Below the pieces are notes generated by a model. The model was not told where the DNA came from. It searched no databases and worked only from the letters and a program-made list of their open reading frames with translations. From positions 1-62,489 of the forward strand of contig JBDRRF010000028.1 of NCBI GenBank assembly GCA_043825875.1: a DNA stretch of 62,489 nt. Reading direction: 5' to 3'. Below, one piece after another: positions 35,041-43,565 of this stretch; position 1 is the stretch's first letter; each line of letters opens with the position of its first letter. Made by a program: the position numbers and the translations under genes. Origin of the DNA: Pseudomonadota bacterium. GTDB taxonomy: Bacteria > Desulfobacterota > Desulfobacteria > Desulfobacterales > RPRI01.

Positions 35041-37959
35041 CTTTAACCATGCAAGATCCCGTTCCGTGGTCGCAATTTGGATTAGCCGGCCGTTTTCATC
35101 CATTATTGCAGTTGCGGTTATCCAAACATCAAGAATTTTTCCGGCCTTTGTCTTTCGCTGACTAGTAAACGACTTTACCGGTTCACCCTTCAATATTTTT
35201 TTAATTAAAGATTTCAACTCACCCTGTTTATCCCCCGGCACAAGTTTGCTGATATTCATCCTGAGCGCCTCAGCTTCGGGCCAGCCGTACATTTGCTGCG
35301 CACCCTTGTTCCAGGCAAGAATATTTCCCTCCAGATCCAGTACCGTAACAGCATCATTGGAATCCTCCAAAACAGTGGCCAGTCTTCTGATTTTATCAGC
35401 CTGCTTGACCTTGTGCACATCAACAAAGGTTATCGCCACCCCGGCAATGACGTTTTCGGTGGTCCGGTAAGGCATTACCTTCATGGCATACCAGATAAGA
35501 TCCTTTGACATGATTTCCATCTCCACGGTATTGAGGTCTTTTAAAACCTTTCTGCTGTGTCCGGCCAGATCGACATCCGGAAAGCGGGTTTTAAGGTCAT
35601 TTAGCGGCCGACCGATATCGGACTGAATCAAACTGATGATCGAAGCTGCGGCAGGAGTGTAACGTTTGATGCAAAGTTCGCTATCTAAAAAGATTGATGC
35701 AATTTCAGTTGCGGCCAACAGGTTGTTCATGTCGTCATTCGCCCTGGCAAATTCATCCACCTTATTTTGAAGTTCCGCATTCACCGTAGCCAGCTCCTCG
35801 TTGGTGGATTGAAGCTCCTCCTTGGAAGTCTCCAGCTCTTCGTTGGTGCTTTGAAGTTCCTCGTTTACCGATTGCATCTCTTCATTGGTAGATTTGAGTT
35901 CTTCATTGGAGGTTTCCATCTCCTCAATAATTGCATGAAGATATTCCTTGGTCGAGTGCAGTTCATGCTCAAGGCTTTGCAGAGCCGTGTCATGTTTTTT
36001 TACTTTTACTGTTTTTGTCTTTTTTTCATCCGCTGCTTTCATCGGTGTTTTATCCTCAAACATGACTAGCATAAACCCGGAGGACAGCTCTTTGCCGGTC
36101 ATCTGTTTAACTGATATGTCAACCAAATAAAACGCACCGTTATAGTTGATACGAACGCTATTTGTAAAAACGTTTGTTTTTTCCCGAACCGCTTTATAAA
36201 GCGCTGTCGTCAGTGGATGTTTGATATCATCGCGGGCCATGTTCAGGATATTAAAGATGGGTTTTCCCGTGGGAAGTGACAGATACCTTTCCGTTTTACC
36301 CACAAAATGCAAAATTTCATATTTATCACTAATCAGAACACCGGCGGGCGCGTATTCATCCAAAATAGCCTTTTCGACCATAGCCTGGACCGAACTTGTC
36401 AGCGGCAGCTTATCTTTTTCTCCGGATTCGAATATATGGCTGACATCATAATTGTTTTCTGCCGGATAAGCGATTACCGCGCCTTTAAGCCCTTTTTTGC
36501 GTTGAAATATCTTCAATTTGAAATTTAACGACCCGAAAAGATCAGTATGTTCGCCAATACTTTCAGATGTTCCCAGAAACAGAATTCCGCCGGGGTTTAA
36601 GGTATAATGGAACAAGGGGATGATCTTTTTCTGCAGGACACTGTCCATATAGATCATAAGGTTTCGGCAACTCACCAGATCCAGTCTGGAAAAAGGCGGA
36701 TCTTTTATGACATTTTGAATTGAAAAGACACCCATATCACGCAACTCTTTCTTGACCTTGAAAACACCCGGTTCTTTAATAAAAAACCGGTTTAATCGCT
36801 CCCTGGAAACATCCGCGCTAATACTCTCCGGATAGATCCCCTTGCGGGCTATATCCAGGGCATTTGCATCGATATCCGTGGCAAAGATTTGAACATTGAA
36901 ATGTTTTTTGATCTTATCCATTACTTCGCAAAGAATCATGCCAAGCGAGTATGCTTCTTCACCTGTGGAGCAGCCTGCAACCCAGATACGGATCGTCGTA
37001 TCAGTATCTTTTGTGCTCAACAACTCCGGCAGTAACTTTTGCGAAAGCACGTCATAGGTTTCCGGATCCCTGAAAAAACTGGTTACCCCGATAACCAGAT
37101 TTTTAAATAGCACGTCTATTTCCGCAGGATTTTTCTGGAGATAAAGAATATAATCGGACAAGTTTTTTATCTGATGGACCGCCAGGCGGCGTTCAATCCG
37201 CCGCGCAATAGTGTTCGGCTTGTAATGCGAAAAATCATGGCCGGTTTTGCTGCGGATCAGCGCAAAAATCTTCCGAATCTGGTTTTTAACGGGGGATTCT
37301 GTGAGTTTGATTTTATCCGTTGAATCAAGAAAGGGGTGCTTCGCATAATTGATCAAGGTTTCCGGCATCTTTTCAACCGGAAGAATGAAATCGACAAGTC
37401 CGGTCTCAATAGCGCTTTTGGGCATGCCATCATATTTTGCGGTCTCCGGCTGCTGAACCATTATCATGCCACCTTCACCCTTGATCGCTCTGACCCCGAG
37501 AGTTCCGTCTGACGCTGTTCCCGACAAAATGATGGCGATGGCATTTTCACCCTGATCTTCCGAAAGCGACCTGAAAAAAAAATCAACCGGCATGTTGATC
37601 GCACTGCTTTTTACCGGTTCCAGCAAATGAAGGCAGCGGTTGAAAATGGCCACGTTCTTGCCCGGGGGATTCAGATAAACATGGTTGGGTTCAAGCTTTG
37701 TATCGTCCTCAATCTGGCAGACGTTCATCCGGGTGTGCTTATCCACAAGCGATGCCATTATGCTTTTGTGCTGAGGGCTTAAGTGCTGGATGACCACAAA
37801 TGAAATGTTGCTGTCCGGCGGCATGATGGAAAAGAAGGCGTTTAAAGTTTCTAACCCGCCGGCTGAAGCGCCAATACCCACGATCGGGAAACTGATGCTT
37901 TTCTTTGGTTTTTTCTTCTGTTTAACCTTTGTTTTGTCTTTCGGCTGATCTTTTTTCAT
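35035..37959 (-). CDS. CheB methylesterase-CheR methyltransferase fusion with coiled coil and PAS domains
   Basis: GASAGG, IQHL and GTASDG (CheB). VTSFFRD, WVAGCSTGEEAYS and SCRNLMIY (CheR). NEELQST heptads and PAS. Confidence 0.95.
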   Translation of the reverse strand: MKKDQPKDKTKVKQKKKPKKSISFPIVGIGASAGGLETLNAFFSIMPPDSNISFVVIQHLSPQHKSIMASLVDKHTRMNVCQIEDDTKLEPNHVYLNPPGKNVAIFNRCLHLLEPVKSSAINMPVDFFFRSLSEDQGENAIAIILSGTASDGTLGVRAIKGEGGMIMVQQPETAKYDGMPKSAIETGLVDFILPVEKMPETLINYAKHPFLDSTDKIKLTESPVKNQIRKIFALIRSKTGHDFSHYKPNTIARRIERRLAVHQIKNLSDYILYLQKNPAEIDVLFKNLVIGVTSFFRDPETYDVLSQKLLPELLSTKDTDTTIRIWVAGCSTGEEAYSLGMILCEVMDKIKKHFNVQIFATDIDANALDIARKGIYPESISADVSRERLNRFFIKEPGVFKVKKELRDMGVFSIQNVIKDPPFSRLDLVSCRNLMIYMDSVLQKKIIPLFHYTLNPGGILFLGTSESIGEHTDLFGSLNFKLKIFQRKKGLKGAVIAYPAENNYDVSHIFESGEKDKLPLTSSVQAMVEKAILDEYAPAGVLISDKYEILHFVGKTERYLSLPTGKPIFNILNMARDDIKHPLTTALYKAVREKTNVFTNSVRINYNGAFYLVDISVKQMTGKELSSGFMLVMFEDKTPMKAADEKKTKTVKVKKHDTALQSLEHELHSTKEYLHAIIEEMETSNEELKSTNEEMQSVNEELQSTNEELETSKEELQSTNEELATVNAELQNKVDEFARANDDMNNLLAATEIASIFLDSELCIKRYTPAAASIISLIQSDIGRPLNDLKTRFPDVDLAGHSRKVLKDLNTVEMEIMSKDLIWYAMKVMPYRTTENVIAGVAITFVDVHKVKQADKIRRLATVLEDSNDAVTVLDLEGNILAWNKGAQQMYGWPEAEALRMNISKLVPGDKQGELKSLIKKILKGEPVKSFTSQRKTKAGKILDVWITATAIMDENGRLIQIATTERDLAWLKD

Positions 37960-37977
37960 TATAACTCCTCAATCTTT

Positions 37978-38097
37978 GGATTTATGATTGTTGATTGTTT
38001 AAAAGGTTGCTCTTGTTTTTGTCTTTTCCGTTTTTCAATCAACAATCTACAATCAACAATCGCAAATCGTCAATCGACAATCGCCAATCAACAACCC
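37978..38097. repeat. Inverted GATTNNN / AATCNNN heptamer arrays with the same spacer
   Basis: GATTTATGATTGTTGATTGTT-AAAAGGTTGCTCTTG...TCTTTTCCGTTTTTC-AATCAACAATCTACAATCAAC... Confidence 0.85.
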
Positions 38098-40155
38098 TCA
38101 CTCCTCCAGCACTTCTCTCACTTTGCGTCCCAGAGACATAGGTGAAAAGGGTTTAGCTATAAATGTCTTTCCCGGACCAAGAACCCCATGATGTACAATA
38201 CTATTATCCATGTAGCCTGACATATAAATTACCAACACTTCCGGTCTAGAGACTCTTAATTTTTTCTCCATGTCCAGGCTGCTTATTCCGGGCATGATAA
38301 CGTCCGTTAATATGAGGTGAATGGGCTCCTTATAATCTCCGGAAACTTTAACAGCTTCTTCCCCGTTTGCGGCTGTCAGAATTTTATAACCATAGCCATG
38401 AAGTACTTTTACAATAAAATTAAGCACCAACTCATCATCCTCCACAACAAGAATAGTTTCCGAACCGGTCAGGGAATCTGTTGTTTTAGCCTTCCGCTCT
38501 GTTTTAGATGGCGGTTTCCCGACCCGGGGCAGATAAATCTTGAATGTGGTTCCTTTTTCAGGCTCGCTGTAAACCCAGACATTACCGTTGCTTTGCTTTA
38601 TGATACCGTAAACGGTGGAAAGTCCAAGGCCCGTTCCCTTCCCTTTTCCCTTTGTTGTAAAAAACGGCTCAAAAATATGGGTTTGATTTTCTTTTGGGAT
38701 ACCTACTCCCGTATCGCTTATACTTAGCATTACATAAGAGCCTGGTTTTACAGCCACATGAGCGTTTGCATATTCTTCGTCTATATTTATATTTTCCGTC
38801 TCTATGGTAATCTTTCCACCCTTAGGCATAGCATCCCTGGCATTTACCACAAGATTCATTATAACCTGCTCAATCTGACCCTTATCGGCCTCTGCCTGCC
38901 CCAAATCAGGGGTAAGTATTGTTTTCAGTTCAATATCTTCTCCAATCATCCGGCAAAGCATTTTTTTCATATCCAAAGCTATTTCATTAAGATTTATTAC
39001 TGCGGGTTGAAGAGCCTGCTTCCGGCTGAAAGCTAAGAGTTGCCGGATCAATGTGGCGGATCGTTCCCCGGCAGCTCTGATCTGCTCAATATTTTCACGC
39101 AACGGATCATCCTCCGGAATGCCAATAAGGACCAGATCTGAATTTCCTATAATCGTTGTGAGAAGATTGTTGAAGTCATGGGCAATTCCTCCTGACAGAA
39201 GGCCGACAGCCTCAAGCTTCTGAGATTGCAGAAGCTGCTGTTCCAAACTCTTTCGATCTTCTTCTGCTTGCTTCCGCTCCGTAATGTCCTGAACCGTTGC
39301 AAAAATTTCGGGTTTTTTCCCCGGCCTTTGCCTGATATTGCCTACAGTACGGACAAATAAAATCTCACCGTCTTTGCGAATGATCCGGTACTCATGTGGA
39401 AGCAGTTTGTCCTGACCGGATGCAATACAGTTATTAAGCCATTTAGTCAAATGTGCCAAATCATCCGGATGATGGATTTTCTCGTTAACTTTGACATAAT
39501 CGAAAGCATCGGATTTATCGTAGCCCAGCAGATCAAACAGCGCATCGGACCAGGTGAGTTTTCCGGTTTCCACATCCCAGGTAAAATCACCCATCCTTGC
39601 CAATCTCTGTGCTTCAATCAATCTTGCTTCGCTTTCGCGAAGGGCTTTTTCGGCCTCTCGCCGCACCTGGACTTCTCTTTCCAATTCCATCATCTTCTGT
39701 TCAAGCTTTCTTACTAACCGTTCACTGTAAAGCTTGAACATTTCATCTTCATCCACCGGAACCGGCGCTAAAGCAATACTACAACTCCTGGCGGTCATCA
39801 TTACATCACGAATAGCCTCCATAAATACATCCGGCTCACATGGCTTTAAAATGAACCTGTCCGCACCGATCCTGATGGCAAATTCCTGATCCTGCGGGCC
39901 AGTATAAGTGGCAGTATAAATTATGAACGGAATATGACACAAATTCTCATCTGTTTTGACTTTTCGGCATAACTGAAATCCGTCCATTACAGGCATGAGA
40001 ATATCGCTGATGATCAGCTCGATCTCCCCGGCATTGAGCTTTTCAAGCGCCTCGGCACCGTTTGCCGCCGCCTCGACATCATGGCCGTTACCCTTGAGCA
40101 GTACTTCCAGGAGGTAAAGGTTTTCTTCTATGTCATCTACGATGAGAATCTTCAT
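38098..40155 (-). CDS. Hybrid histidine kinase (REC, PAS, HisKA, HATPase, REC)
   Basis: LIVDD, ISDILMP, GGIAHDFNN and GTGLGLSTVYGI. Confidence 0.95.
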   Translation of the reverse strand: MKILIVDDIEENLYLLEVLLKGNGHDVEAAANGAEALEKLNAGEIELIISDILMPVMDGFQLCRKVKTDENLCHIPFIIYTATYTGPQDQEFAIRIGADRFILKPCEPDVFMEAIRDVMMTARSCSIALAPVPVDEDEMFKLYSERLVRKLEQKMMELEREVQVRREAEKALRESEARLIEAQRLARMGDFTWDVETGKLTWSDALFDLLGYDKSDAFDYVKVNEKIHHPDDLAHLTKWLNNCIASGQDKLLPHEYRIIRKDGEILFVRTVGNIRQRPGKKPEIFATVQDITERKQAEEDRKSLEQQLLQSQKLEAVGLLSGGIAHDFNNLLTTIIGNSDLVLIGIPEDDPLRENIEQIRAAGERSATLIRQLLAFSRKQALQPAVINLNEIALDMKKMLCRMIGEDIELKTILTPDLGQAEADKGQIEQVIMNLVVNARDAMPKGGKITIETENINIDEEYANAHVAVKPGSYVMLSISDTGVGIPKENQTHIFEPFFTTKGKGKGTGLGLSTVYGIIKQSNGNVWVYSEPEKGTTFKIYLPRVGKPPSKTERKAKTTDSLTGSETILVVEDDELVLNFIVKVLHGYGYKILTAANGEEAVKVSGDYKEPIHLILTDVIMPGISSLDMEKKLRVSRPEVLVIYMSGYMDNSIVHHGVLGPGKTFIAKPFSPMSLGRKVREVLEE

Positions 40156-40171
40156 TATTTTCTCCTTCCTT

Positions 40172-40240
40172 TGGTATTTTTGATTTGCGATTGTTGATTT
40201 AAAAGCTGTTTCCCAATCGCAAATCCTAAATCACAAATCG
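40172..40240. repeat. Short inverted heptamer arrays at the 3' end of the four-helix-bundle gene
   Basis: GATTTGCGATTGTTGATTT-AAAAGCTGTTTCCC-AATCGCAAATCCTAAATCACAAATCG. Confidence 0.8.
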
Positions 40241-40596
40241 TGTTGCTTTCGGTTCTGTGAGGTCTTTCTAGTTGCAACAAATATTGATGTCAATTCATGT
40301 CCCTCTTTGAAAAGAGGCAAAACCTTTTCCTTTGTCATCAATTTTTCATCCATTATAAACTCGAGCCAGAATTCGGATTCATCTGACTCTTCTATCACGA
40401 TGCTTATCTTGGCAATGAATGCTGCCTTAGACTGTGAGTGTAGTGTCGCCCGGTAGTTTGCCGCAACGGAAGTGGAACACCGCGTCAACTGACGCTCTAA
40501 ATGTCTTCCGAGCGTCGTTTTTGGCAAGGCAACAGCAAGCTTCACACAACGATGAGCAAACTCTTTTGTTCTCTTTTTCAACTCTTCGGAATCCAA
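40231..40596 (-). CDS. Four-helix-bundle protein (TIGR02436 / 23S rRNA IVP / Avd-like), 121 aa
   Basis: ELKKRTKEFA, QLTRCSTSVAANY, SKAAFIAKISIVIEESDESEFWLE, EGHELTSIF. TTG start at 40596 behind AAGGAGG. Confidence 0.92.
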   Translation of the reverse strand: MDSEELKKRTKEFAHRCVKLAVALPKTTLGRHLERQLTRCSTSVAANYRATLHSQSKAAFIAKISIVIEESDESEFWLEFIMDEKLMTKEKVLPLFKEGHELTSIFVATRKTSQNRKQHDL

Positions 40597-40611
40597 ACAA
40601 CCCTCCTTATA

Positions 40612-40770
40612 GATTGATGCTTTTCGATTTATGGATTTCACAATCAACAATCACATATCGCCAATCACAAATCGCCAATCACATATCAACAATCACAAAT
40701 CGCCAATCACATATCAACAATCACAAATCGCCAATCACAAATCAACAATCACAAATCGCCAATCACAAAT
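40612..40770. repeat. Long AATCNNN heptamer array upstream of the four-helix-bundle gene
   Basis: About 17 units AATCACA/AATCGCC/TATCAAC/AATCAAC at 40641-40770, with a short GATT arm at 40612-40639. Confidence 0.88.
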
Positions 40771-41125
40771 ATCTCCGTATTTCTTCTGCAAAAGTCTCAG
40801 GATCAATCGGTTTTTCGATGTAACCTGCGGCACCGGCCGCCAGGATCTGTTCACGATCCCCAACCATGGCATAAGAAGTAACCGCAATAATGGGCACGTT
40901 CTCCAGTTCTTTGTGTTTCTTGAGTTCAGTGGCGACAGCATATCCGTCCATTTCAGGAAGCTGAATATCCAGCAATATTGCTTTAGGCTTGTGTTGCAAA
41001 GCCTTGTCGATACCCTCCCGGCCATTTTCAGCACCAATTACCGTAAAACCGTTTTTTTCAAGCAGAAAACACATCATATAAAAATTCTGCTGATTGTCTT
41101 CAATAATCAACAAAGTATTGCTCAT
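40763..41125 (-). CDS. Single-domain response regulator (DivK-like)
   Basis: LIIED, LLDIQLPEMDG, AVTSYAM and IEKP. ATGA overlap with the upstream kinase stop. Confidence 0.92.
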   Translation of the reverse strand: MSNTLLIIEDNQQNFYMMCFLLEKNGFTVIGAENGREGIDKALQHKPKAILLDIQLPEMDGYAVATELKKHKELENVPIIAVTSYAMVGDREQILAAGAAGYIEKPIDPETFAEEIRRYL

Positions 41126-43221
41126 GGTAAACCTCCAGCCTGTTCCGGAAAACGTATTGTGAAAATGCTGCCCTTGCCCCATTGGCTCCAAACATCAATA
41201 GTTCCACCCATCATATCTAGCAGTTTTTTGCATATGGAAAGCCCCAGACCTGTACCCTCGTGTTTGCGTGTAAGCCCGGTATCGATCTGGTGGAAAGGTT
41301 GAAAAAGGCCGGAGAGTTCTTCAGGCCGCATGCCAATGCCGGTATCTGAAACCGACAGAAGATATTTATCATTTTCAATGCGGCATGAAATACTTACATA
41401 TCCTTTTTCTGTAAATTTTACTGCATTGTTTAGCAGATTAAGTATTATTTGTTCCAGACGACGCTGATCCGTTGTTGCGGTTTTGATATCATCTGCAATG
41501 TCAACCCTTAGATCAAGACCCTTCTGTTCGGCCATAGGCAAAACCAATTTGATCATTTTTTCAATGGACGGCTTCAATTCAAAGGGTGCAACAGAAAGCT
41601 CCAATTGACCTGCCTCGATTTTGGAAATGTCAAGCACATCGTTGATCAAAGAAAGAAGATGGCGGGAACTGCTTTGCACCATTTTCAATTGCTTGTACTG
41701 CTCTTCGTTTATAGGACCTGCCAATTCCTGGAGCATAATACCGGTAAATCCGATTATGGAATTAAGCGGCGTACGCAATTCATGGGACATGGTAGCCAGA
41801 AAGGCGGATTTGATCCTATCGGAGGATTCCGCCCGTTCCTTGGCAATAAGCAACTCTGCGGTGCGATCGGCCACACTTTGCTCGAGGACCTCAGCGTGTT
41901 GCCGCAATTCATCATTGAGACTGTGAATTTGTTCCTCAGCTTGCTTTTGGTCGGTTATGTCGGAACCAATGCTCAAAATTTCCGTTATCTGTCCCTGCTC
42001 ATCGAACACCACTTTGTTTGTCCAGTCAATCCATACCCGTTCGCCATTGCGGCGCATATTCTCATTTATATTACGCTCAAACATATGCGGGTCGGCCAAA
42101 ATTTCCTCCATCAGCGGGCGTAAACTCCTGCCTGTAGTTTCATTCTCATGGACTATAGTTCCAACCACATGCCTGCCAAGAATTTCCGTTTCCGTATATC
42201 CGAAAAATTTCTGGCCGAACTCATTCATGAAAGTAATCTGTCCATCGCGCGACCACCGCAAGATGATGCTGTTGGCCAGCATCACTAATTCGCGATATTT
42301 TCGTTCGCTTGCCCACAATTCCCGGGTACGCGTATTCATCTGATGTTTTAAAACAATACTTCCTAACAGGCTCATGAGAAGTACAACAACTGTGACAAAG
42401 GCAAGCACTTTAACCCAAACCGGTATGTTTAAACTTACCTCCTCGGAAATCCATTTTTTAAGCGACTGGTAGTATATCGACTGTGTATCTTTTTTCAGAT
42501 TTATGAGATGAGCATCAATAGCATTCAATATTTTTTGGTGAGTACCTTTAGATGCTGCAAAAAAGAGGTTGGATGGGTTAAAAATAACCGCTGTATCTTC
42601 AAGACCAAATTTCTTTGCATGCATCAGCCCATAGAAACAATTAGATATGGCAGCATCAGCCTCACCTTCGGCAACCTTCTTGAAAACGGTTTGGTAATCC
42701 GGCAGTGAAATCATAGTAGTGTTTAACCAAAACCCGGCAATAAGCCGGTTAAACGCATCCTGCTGAACCGAACGTTCCAGAACGGCAATTCGTTTTCCAT
42801 CCAGATCCAATATCGATTTAATTCCGCTGTCTTTGCGGGCATACACCTGAAACCATGAGGACAAAACCGGAACCTTCTGAAAGGAAAAGATTCTTGCACG
42901 ATCCGCCGTATAAGCCACATCAGGCATAATATCGATTTCCCCTTTTTCCAGGCGTTTTAATCCATCACCCCAGGTACCGGTCACGTATTGCAGGCTCCAA
43001 CCCTCTTTTTTAGCTATGTACTCTATGAGATCAACAAATATGCCGGCGGGCTTGCCGGATTCGGAGATGAAAATCTTCGGCGCATTTTCATAAACCCCGA
43101 CAGCCACAATCCGGTCATCGGCACTTGCAGATGTAATTCCAAAACACCATAAAGATAATAAAACAATAAAAAGGGTTAATGCTAATTGAAAGAAACAAAC
43201 AGTGTTTCTGTCGTTTTTCAT
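41122..43221 (-). CDS. Sensor histidine kinase with periplasmic substrate-binding (family 3) domain and PAS
   Basis: Signal/TM segment, GKPAGIFVDL, TM, PAS, FLATMSHELRTPL and GTGLGLSI. Start uncertain (ORF extends to 43305). Confidence 0.92.
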   Translation of the reverse strand: MKNDRNTVCFFQLALTLFIVLLSLWCFGITSASADDRIVAVGVYENAPKIFISESGKPAGIFVDLIEYIAKKEGWSLQYVTGTWGDGLKRLEKGEIDIMPDVAYTADRARIFSFQKVPVLSSWFQVYARKDSGIKSILDLDGKRIAVLERSVQQDAFNRLIAGFWLNTTMISLPDYQTVFKKVAEGEADAAISNCFYGLMHAKKFGLEDTAVIFNPSNLFFAASKGTHQKILNAIDAHLINLKKDTQSIYYQSLKKWISEEVSLNIPVWVKVLAFVTVVVLLMSLLGSIVLKHQMNTRTRELWASERKYRELVMLANSIILRWSRDGQITFMNEFGQKFFGYTETEILGRHVVGTIVHENETTGRSLRPLMEEILADPHMFERNINENMRRNGERVWIDWTNKVVFDEQGQITEILSIGSDITDQKQAEEQIHSLNDELRQHAEVLEQSVADRTAELLIAKERAESSDRIKSAFLATMSHELRTPLNSIIGFTGIMLQELAGPINEEQYKQLKMVQSSSRHLLSLINDVLDISKIEAGQLELSVAPFELKPSIEKMIKLVLPMAEQKGLDLRVDIADDIKTATTDQRRLEQIILNLLNNAVKFTEKGYVSISCRIENDKYLLSVSDTGIGMRPEELSGLFQPFHQIDTGLTRKHEGTGLGLSICKKLLDMMGGTIDVWSQWGKGSIFTIRFPEQAGGLP

Positions 43222-43334
43222 CGCACTTTCTTGATATAGTACAATAACTTTTACCGGGCACATAGATTTCATCTTCCTGTAGAACAATGTTTTAATTTTC
43301 AGCACAGATTGAGATTGAAGGAAACTGTTGAAGC

Positions 43335-43550
43335 TAAATATTAAATCCTAAACAACAAGCACCAAATAACAATGAAATTCCAAATTCCAAATTCCAAAAA
43401 TCAATAACCGAATTACAATGAAATTCTAAAAGTCAATGACCAAGTTACAACGAAAGCTCAAATTCCAATTACCAAAACTATGTTGTGTGATTTGTCATTT
43501 ATTTATTTGTATTTTGTAATTTGTGATTTATTTGTTATTTGTCATTTATA
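43335..43550. repeat. Inverted AAATNNN / NNNATTT heptamer arrays with no gene remnant
   Basis: CAAGCACCAAATAACAATGAAATTCCAAATTCC (shared with 28475 and 30092), then GATTTGTCATTT...ATTTGTTATTTGTCATTT. Confidence 0.75.
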
Positions 43551-43565
43551 AATGGTTGATATAGA

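Noticed and set aside
34890..35165. ORF-track entries built from repeats (also 25133-25402, 25517-25895, 28333-28621, 30127-30423, 40434-41302 +)
   Set aside because: Low-complexity translations of heptamer or REP arrays, or antisense to well-supported genes.
40231..40596. Diversity-generating retroelement or 23S rRNA intervening sequence
   Set aside because: The protein is Avd/IVP-like, but no reverse transcriptase, no adenine-specific TR/VR pair and no rRNA sequence is present in the window.
34765..40770. Heptamer arrays as CRISPR arrays
   Set aside because: Units are 7-nt degenerate tandem repeats with no 25-45-nt repeat/unique spacer alternation, and there are no cas genes.
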